Source: a virus. From it: a stretch of 64,000 nt of DNA. Location: positions 1 to 64,000 of IMG/VR virus record IMGVR_UViG_3300042516_005163; one strand, given 5' to 3'. Below, piece after piece: positions 58,874 to 64,000 of the stretch. Positions within the stretch are counted from its first letter, which is position 1, and every line of letters starts with the position of its first letter. The position numbers and the translations under genes are program-made. The notes under the pieces were generated by a model. The model worked only from the letters and a program-made list of their open reading frames with translations, did not search any database and was not told the origin of the DNA.

Positions 58874-59195
58874 ACATTCAATTTATTGTAACGGCGAACA
58901 TCACAGCATTGACGAAGCACTAAAAATGCTTACTGATGAGTGGATTGATGATGGCAATTACTGTGCTCAAACTGTCATTGATTTGAGAGACGCTCTCAAA
59001 TACTATATCAAGAAAACAGATAAACTCGAAAATGATCTAGATAAATTTCGTGAAGCTGTAAAATCCTCTCATGATGTTTTGTTAACAGTTGTGAATGAAT
59101 GTAATCTTTTCTACAAAGAAAGCGCAGACATTGACAGCTATACAGTGAGTGATTGTCATTCAGTTCTTGATAAGATCAAGCAGCTACGTTATTAA
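58866..59195 (+). CDS. Hypothetical protein (start corrected to ATG 58866)
   Basis: The true start overlaps the stop of the 49-aa ORF. Confidence 0.55.
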   Translation: MTKHSIYCNGEHHSIDEALKMLTDEWIDDGNYCAQTVIDLRDALKYYIKKTDKLENDLDKFREAVKSSHDVLLTVVNECNLFYKESADIDSYTVSDCHSVLDKIKQLRY

Positions 59196-59201
59196 TAACA
59201 T

Positions 59202-59459
59202 ATGACTAAATTAGAGCAAATAAACCAAGTCTTTGCGTTTGATTATAAGACAACTATGCGAATTAAGAAAGAAGATGCAAAAGATATTCTTCTCAATAAT
59301 CGTAGTTTTACAACTGCTGGTAGTGTACGTTATTTTGTAATAAGAGATTTAGGTCTAGGTGTGTGTGAAATTGGGTTGAGAGGACCGAATGATATAAATA
59401 CATTTTTTGTATCTAACGTTGAACATTGGCTAAAAGAACGAAAATGGACAACTTTGTAA
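59202..59459 (+). CDS. Hypothetical protein
   Basis: 85-aa ORF in a tandem array. Confidence 0.55.
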   Translation: MTKLEQINQVFAFDYKTTMRIKKEDAKDILLNNRSFTTAGSVRYFVIRDLGLGVCEIGLRGPNDINTFFVSNVEHWLKERKWTTL

Positions 59460-59466
59460 TTGAATT

Positions 59467-59727
59467 ATGAGTACTGAATCATATATTAATGAAACTACTC
59501 GCAAACTATGTGAGAGCTATGAACAACGAAACTTTGGTGTTCGTTTTTCAGGTCATGGTAGTTCATTCATTCCACAACATCCAATTTGCAATAAAACATT
59601 TGAAGATGCAAAGCAAGAAGCTATTGAATGGGAATTGAGAGCAGATACAATTGGTGGTCGCTCTGAAATTGTGGAGGATTTAGGAAATAACCAATATAAA
59701 GAATATCATAGCGGCTATAATTTTTAA
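59467..59727 (+). CDS. Hypothetical protein
   Basis: 86-aa ORF in a tandem array. Confidence 0.55.
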   Translation: MSTESYINETTRKLCESYEQRNFGVRFSGHGSSFIPQHPICNKTFEDAKQEAIEWELRADTIGGRSEIVEDLGNNQYKEYHSGYNF

Positions 59728-59729
59728 TT

Positions 59730-59924
59730 ATGGATTTTAATACATGTTACACAAGCAACATCATCTGCCCTCATTGTGGTTACGAAGACAAAGACTCATG
59801 GGAGGTGGATTTTGGTCCAAGCTTAGATGGTGATACAACTGTGTATTGCGGCAGATGTGAAGAAGAGTTTAATGTGAGTAGAAATGTAGAAGTCAGCTAC
59901 ACTAGTTTTCCAATCAAAAAATAA
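59730..59924 (+). CDS. Zinc-ribbon protein
   Basis: IICPHCG...VYCGRCEEEF. Confidence 0.7.
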   Translation: MDFNTCYTSNIICPHCGYEDKDSWEVDFGPSLDGDTTVYCGRCEEEFNVSRNVEVSYTSFPIKK

Positions 59925-59925
59925 C

Positions 59926-60141
59926 ATGGAACAAGAATATATTATCGAGTATTATCCTCCAAGAAACGCAGGTGGTCAGCATGTTGGTATTATTTCAAAA
60001 GGTATAAAAATTACGCACATTCCTTCTGGACTAATTGCTATTTGTGATATGGGGCGTTCTCAAATGAGAAACAAAGAAACTGCAATGAGAATGATTGCTG
60101 CTGGTTTAAATCAGTTGACAAGAGAAGGAAACTCTCTATAA
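59926..60141 (+). CDS. Stand-alone class I release factor GGQ (peptidyl-tRNA hydrolase) domain
   Basis: AGGQHVG...GIKITHIPSGLIAIC...RSQMRNKETAMRMI mirrors RF domain 3 (GGQHVN...VRITHIPTG....C...RSQ..NK..AM). Confidence 0.8.
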   Translation: MEQEYIIEYYPPRNAGGQHVGIISKGIKITHIPSGLIAICDMGRSQMRNKETAMRMIAAGLNQLTREGNSL

Positions 60142-60142
60142 T
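60115..60142 (+). promoter_or_regulatory. TTGACA-N16-TATAAT promoter containing GGAAA-N5-TATAAT, 6 nt before ATG 60149
   Basis: TTGACAAGAGAAGGAAACTCTCTATAATAAAAACATG. Confidence 0.7.
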
Positions 60143-60148
60143 AAAAAC

Positions 60149-60502
60149 ATGAGCCACAAAATCATTGAAAAAGAAATCTCTTGGAATGACTTCATTGCAT
60201 TCTTGTTCACCTCTACAGTGCTAGAATATGATGGATACTGCTTTGATATTAACAGAGTTCGTTTGGAGAAGGACAATATTGTAATTTATAATGGCCCTTA
60301 TGTGTGGTCTTTGCTTAGAAAGGAAGATAATGAAATTATCAAGTACGGGCTTGGTAGTTTTTATTTTAACAAAAGAGAATATGATCAAATAGAATCAGAA
60401 GAAACTGATTATGATGGTTATTCAATTCTACAAGATTCAACAACATACAAGCTTGTTGAAAAAGAAATTAAACTCCATCAGCTAAAACACTATGAATTTT
60501 AA
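60149..60502 (+). CDS. Hypothetical protein
   Basis: 117-aa ORF behind a promoter. Confidence 0.6.
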   Translation: MSHKIIEKEISWNDFIAFLFTSTVLEYDGYCFDINRVRLEKDNIVIYNGPYVWSLLRKEDNEIIKYGLGSFYFNKREYDQIESEETDYDGYSILQDSTTYKLVEKEIKLHQLKHYEF

Positions 60503-60755
60503 AGAAACAAAATTCGCATACCGTCACAAACCAACAGGCAAGTGGGTGTTTATTGAGACGTTCTCAAATGAACCCAAATTTGTTTTAATGCATTTTGTTG
60601 ATGATTTTTGTTCTGATATAATTTACAGTGCAAGAAACATCATTGAAGAAGATTTGATGCGTAGTCGCTACAAAGGTGAGAGATATGCTGCTCAAAACTT
60701 TCTTGAGTTTGAACTTGTGGAAATTGAAATTGAGTATAAAATTAAAACTAGTTGA
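60492..60755 (+). CDS. Hypothetical protein
   Basis: 87 aa; contains FAYRHKPTGKWV. Confidence 0.6.
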   Translation: MNFKETKFAYRHKPTGKWVFIETFSNEPKFVLMHFVDDFCSDIIYSARNIIEEDLMRSRYKGERYAAQNFLEFELVEIEIEYKIKTS

Positions 60756-60779
60756 GATAATAAGGAAAATGACTATAAT
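60752..60779 (+). promoter_or_regulatory. TTGAGA-N16-TATAAT promoter containing GGAAA-N5-TATAAT, 5 nt before ATG 60785
   Basis: TTGAGATAATAAGGAAAATGACTATAATAAGGTATG. Confidence 0.65.
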
Positions 60780-60784
60780 AAGGT

Positions 60785-61396
60785 ATGTCAAAACGACCAA
60801 TTCTAAAATTAAATGCAAGTTTCTTCCCATTGGCTACAAGCTCATGGACTGATATTGTAGTTAATATTTTTTCAGGTGCAGCTCATCCATTAGATATTTG
60901 GTATGCTCAAAAAGAAGATGGAACTTATGATGAAACAACTGTTGAATACTTCAATGTGGTCAAAAATTGGAAAGAGTGGACTTTACTGCCTATCCGTCCT
61001 ATTGATGATTATGTTCATACCACCTCAGGTCCTGTTCGCTTGCCTAGTGTTGTTGTGGCTTCTCGCTATAACAAAGTAAAGTATAAGACTGTGCAGTTTC
61101 CTACCAAGCAAAACATCTTTAAAAGAGACAAATACACTTGCGGTTACTCTGGTCGTAAATTGCAGAAGCATGAATTGAGTGTTGATCATATTCTACCCAT
61201 TAGCCGTGGTGGTGGTAATACCTGGACTAACTTAATCACATGCTGCAAGTCTATAAATACGTTTAAAGATAACAGGACACCAGAAGAATGTGGATTAAAA
61301 TTGCTTTGGAAACCTGAAAAACCAACCAATGGTATTGAAAGTCTTGTATTTGATAATATGCGCGATGACTGGAAAATGTTCTTAAATGCTCAATAA
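60785..61396 (+). CDS. HNH endonuclease (McrA/HNH_5-like)
   Basis: ILKLNASF.PL, NIFKRDKYTCGYSG, LSVDHILPISRGGGNTWTNLITCC..N..K..RTPEE.GL. Confidence 0.85.
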   Translation: MSKRPILKLNASFFPLATSSWTDIVVNIFSGAAHPLDIWYAQKEDGTYDETTVEYFNVVKNWKEWTLLPIRPIDDYVHTTSGPVRLPSVVVASRYNKVKYKTVQFPTKQNIFKRDKYTCGYSGRKLQKHELSVDHILPISRGGGNTWTNLITCCKSINTFKDNRTPEECGLKLLWKPEKPTNGIESLVFDNMRDDWKMFLNAQ

Positions 61397-61427
61397 ACTC
61401 ATTACCTGTGATATAAATATTAATAAC

Positions 61428-62336
61428 ATGAATATCACAGGTAATAAAAAAGCTATTTTGTATGTGGTGACAAATAAAGTCAACGGGTTAAAATACTATG
61501 GTGTTGTACATAAAAAAGATAAAACAATACAACAGCGTTTAACTGATCATATTGAAGGTAGGGGTGGTAAATTTTTGTTCCAAGCTATACAAGAATACGG
61601 TGTAGATAATTTTATAATTGAAGAAGTTGAACGTGGTGATTTAGAGTATATATTATTGCGTGAAACGGAAGAAACAGCTAACACCCTATATATGCACGGA
61701 AAAGGTTACAATGGTAATTGTGGAAAATGTATTATATTAAACGAAGAAATGTGGGAAAGAAAAATTGCAAATACCGATCAAGAAACCCGTGTTAAGAGAT
61801 GGAAAGAAACATATAACAAAAATAAACATCTACATAACTATAATAGAGATAATGAGTTTTTAAAAAAACAAGAAAAAAATAATTATTCACAAATTCGAGG
61901 CAAAACAAAGAATGAAAGTGAAAGACTTCTTAAACTTTCTATTTCAAATAAGCAGCGATGGGACAACCCCACGGAGAAGATGATTGAAGGTAAGTTAAAA
62001 TCTATTGAAACAAATAAAAATAAAACACCTGAAGAGAAGCAACTAATTATACAAAAACAGCTGGAAACCAAAAAAACAAAGCGGATGAATGGTGAATATA
62101 TGTTATCATCACCATATAGTTGGCATACACCTATAGGTGTGTTCAAGGATGCTACTGCAGGTGCTACAGCTTTTGGAATAGGTTATAGTACTTTTAAGAC
62201 GTGGTGTAAGAAAAATAAACAAATACTCAAACGTCATCATAAATTTAATGATAAAATACCTCACGATTGGGATAACAAATTTACCAAAGACATAGGTTTT
62301 TATTTTGTAAAGGATACAAAGAGCAAAATGAAATGA
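61428..62336 (+). mobile_element. GIY-YIG homing endonuclease gene (start corrected to ATG 61428)
   Basis: LYVVTNKVNGLKYYG...R..DH...AIQEYG.DNF...E...GYN, with a C-terminal HTPIGVF...A..FG HTH. TATAAATA at 61412-61419. Confidence 0.8.
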
Positions 62337-62929
62337 GTAATAGATTATATAGTCATAAAATGAAAAATAAATTTTGGTATGATGTTCCTTCATCTTTAAC
62401 ATGGGAAGATTGGGAGAAGTGGCGCAATGATACACGCGCTGCATATCCATTGCAATACTGGCTGCGAGAAACTGTGCCTCATTGGTTCCCAATTCATATC
62501 AAATGGCTTTATCGAGAGCTATACTGGAAAGTTTATCGCTTTTTCAAGCCATGCCATAAGGATATTCGCAAGGTTATTCCTCGTCAGTGGAGCGACATTG
62601 CTAATCTCATTGTTGATGTCAATTTTGCCATGATTCTTTCTTTCAAGAAAGAGGCTGATGAATCTCGGGTTGATTGGGATGGTACTGATAATCATCGCAA
62701 GTTCAAAAATTGGCTTGATGCTGCAGCTCATTGGGTGAAAGAAGGTCGTCCTAATTGCGTTGCACAAATGGAAGCTAGCTACCCTCCTCACCCTCTTCCA
62801 GAGCATATGAAAGAGTATACTTACGATCAATTGTATGGTAACGTAAACCATATGCAAAAGCTTATTGATGAAACCGATACTAATATCATCAAGCAGATGA
62901 TTGACTATCGTGAATACTTTTGGACATGA
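62333..62929 (+). CDS. Hypothetical Trp-rich phage protein
   Basis: 198 aa ending ...MIDYREYFWT. Confidence 0.65.
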   Translation: MSNRLYSHKMKNKFWYDVPSSLTWEDWEKWRNDTRAAYPLQYWLRETVPHWFPIHIKWLYRELYWKVYRFFKPCHKDIRKVIPRQWSDIANLIVDVNFAMILSFKKEADESRVDWDGTDNHRKFKNWLDAAAHWVKEGRPNCVAQMEASYPPHPLPEHMKEYTYDQLYGNVNHMQKLIDETDTNIIKQMIDYREYFWT

Positions 62930-63084
62930 AAATCGATAAAGAAAAACTCTACGAACTCTATTTGCAAGCAATGGACGAGATTCTTGACGAATGCGATTGG
63001 AAAACGCATTTCACAGCACAAGAATGTGTTCATCTTGTATCAAGAGTACTTGAACAAAATCCTGAATTAATATCAAATGACTGA
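62926..63084 (+). CDS. Small hypothetical protein (52 aa; below the ORF-track cut-off)
   Basis: MKIDKEKLYELYLQAMDEILDECDWKTHFTAQECVHLVSRVLEQNPELISND*; overlaps both neighbours. Confidence 0.55.
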   Translation: MKIDKEKLYELYLQAMDEILDECDWKTHFTAQECVHLVSRVLEQNPELISND

Positions 63085-63340
63085 AAACTGGCAACCCATT
63101 ATTACCGTTTACCAAGATGAAGAACTTGGCCGTGTGGGGAGTCGCATTATAAAATCTTTTGATGCCTCACCTAAAACTATTGCAGGTATTTTAATCAATA
63201 TTTTAGACATGCTGGTTGACAAAGTCTCAGAACAAGACCAGATTGCTATGGAAGAAGCTGTTTTGAAAATTTTTAAAGATGGATTAGCTGAACGCCACAA
63301 TTTTTCTGGTAGAGAACCTTTTTACGATGAACACAGTTAA
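63077..63340 (+). CDS. Hypothetical protein
   Basis: 87-aa ORF in a tandem array. Confidence 0.55.
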   Translation: MTENWQPIITVYQDEELGRVGSRIIKSFDASPKTIAGILINILDMLVDKVSEQDQIAMEEAVLKIFKDGLAERHNFSGREPFYDEHS

Positions 63341-63779
63341 CCACTACACTGACTTATATAACGCACAAGAGTATGCTAAAGATTACGATGCTATCATCTC
63401 ATTAGGACACAAACTACCGGAGCAATTTCGTGGAAACAAAAAATATCTTTACCTCAACTTCGAGGACGTTACTTACGACATCTTACAAATCGCGCCAACA
63501 GAGGATGTATACGCGCCGAACAAAAGACATGTTAAGGAGTTGCTTAAATTCATTCGTGGTTTGTCTCCTTCTGAACGTTTGCTGGTTCACTGCTATGCCG
63601 GTTATTCGAGATCTCCCGCCGTTGCTGCCATTGCAGAAACAGAGAGAGATGGAACGCCACTTGAACACTCTATTGAACATCTCCCGGAAAATCGTATACC
63701 CGACAAGTTGATTCCAAAGCCGAATGATATTATATTAGACATGTATGAGCGAATCAAAAACGAAGAAAATAGGAGCTAG
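63327..63779 (+). CDS. Cys-based protein tyrosine / dual-specificity phosphatase
   Basis: LNFEDV general-acid loop, LLVHCYAGYSRSPAVA (CX5R) and PKPN. Confidence 0.85.
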   Translation: MNTVNHYTDLYNAQEYAKDYDAIISLGHKLPEQFRGNKKYLYLNFEDVTYDILQIAPTEDVYAPNKRHVKELLKFIRGLSPSERLLVHCYAGYSRSPAVAAIAETERDGTPLEHSIEHLPENRIPDKLIPKPNDIILDMYERIKNEENRS

Positions 63780-63978
63780 AGAGTATACTGAAGACGAGCT
63801 AGTTCATATCGATAATCTTAAGAAGGAAATCTCTTGCATTCAAGCAGAACTTGAGATGAGATATGAAGGTCTCATTCGTAAGCTTAAAGTAAGTGATAAA
63901 GACAACCCTTGGCTTTTTGATTACATCTATAATGATTTTGAACTATCAGTTGAACAAATTGGAGTACCACAATGCTAA
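63745..63978 (+). CDS. Hypothetical protein
   Basis: 77 aa; contains WLFDYIYN. Confidence 0.55.
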   Translation: MSESKTKKIGAREYTEDELVHIDNLKKEISCIQAELEMRYEGLIRKLKVSDKDNPWLFDYIYNDFELSVEQIGVPQC

Positions 63979-63983
63979 AAAAT

Positions 63984-63999
63984 GGAAATGTGATAAAAT
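63984..63999 (+). promoter_or_regulatory. GGAAA-N5-TAAAAT promoter motif at the window edge
   Basis: GGAAA TGTGA TAAAAT directly after the last ORF. Confidence 0.45.
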
Positions 64000-64000
64000 A

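Noticed and set aside
1-64000. Stop-codon reassignment, suggested by the release-factor-like gene
   Set aside because: Conserved genes are intact and densely packed under the standard code. TAA, TGA (e.g. terL at 10790-10792) and TAG (30448-30450) all end genes at sensible positions. The RF-like protein lacks codon-recognition domains.
1-64000. CRISPR array, tRNA or rRNA genes
   Set aside because: Intergenic gaps are under about 200 nt, with no repeat-spacer periodicity or cloverleaf/T-loop motifs. The Cas4-like nuclease at 43084 is a common stand-alone phage PD-(D/E)XK enzyme.

Overview
This 64-kb window is an AT-rich, densely coding piece of a large T4-related (contractile-tailed) bacteriophage genome. 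I found no host chromosome, integrase, rRNA, tRNA or CRISPR array. Positions 1-9 kb (minus strand) carry tail-fibre, baseplate-associated, neck and internal-head genes. Positions 9-24 kb (plus) carry the large terminase, tail completion, sheath, tube, hub, tape-measure and baseplate genes plus two cell-wall-related tip proteins. Positions 24-30.5 kb carry a probable small terminase, a GIY-YIG endonuclease, dUTPase, a clamp loader and a cluster of probable capsid-internal proteins. Positions 30.5-48 kb carry baseplate wedge and fibre/adhesin genes interleaved with cysC and a PD-(D/E)XK nuclease. Positions 48-54.5 kb carry a dTDP-rhamnose pathway (RmlA, RmlB, NRS/ER-type epimerase-reductase), a RadA-like ATPase and a holin/spanin/endolysin cassette, which implies a diderm host. 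Positions 54.5-64 kb are an accessory island with PNKP, homing endonucleases, a stand-alone GGQ mini release-factor domain, an unlisted gp5.9-like ORF and a Cys-based phosphatase. Four observations stand out. (1) About 30 genes have TAAATA 5-9 nt before the start codon and no Shine-Dalgarno, suggesting gene-by-gene leaderless late expression. (2) A second promoter class, GGAAA-N5-TAnAAT, occurs 7 times in the accessory region. (3) There is a candidate virion glycosylation/sulfation system: the rhamnose pathway, a late-promoter cysC and Leu-Ser-Ala/Gly tripeptides enriched in tail proteins. (4) There is a 71-aa mini release factor. All family assignments come from motif recognition by eye; no database search was run.
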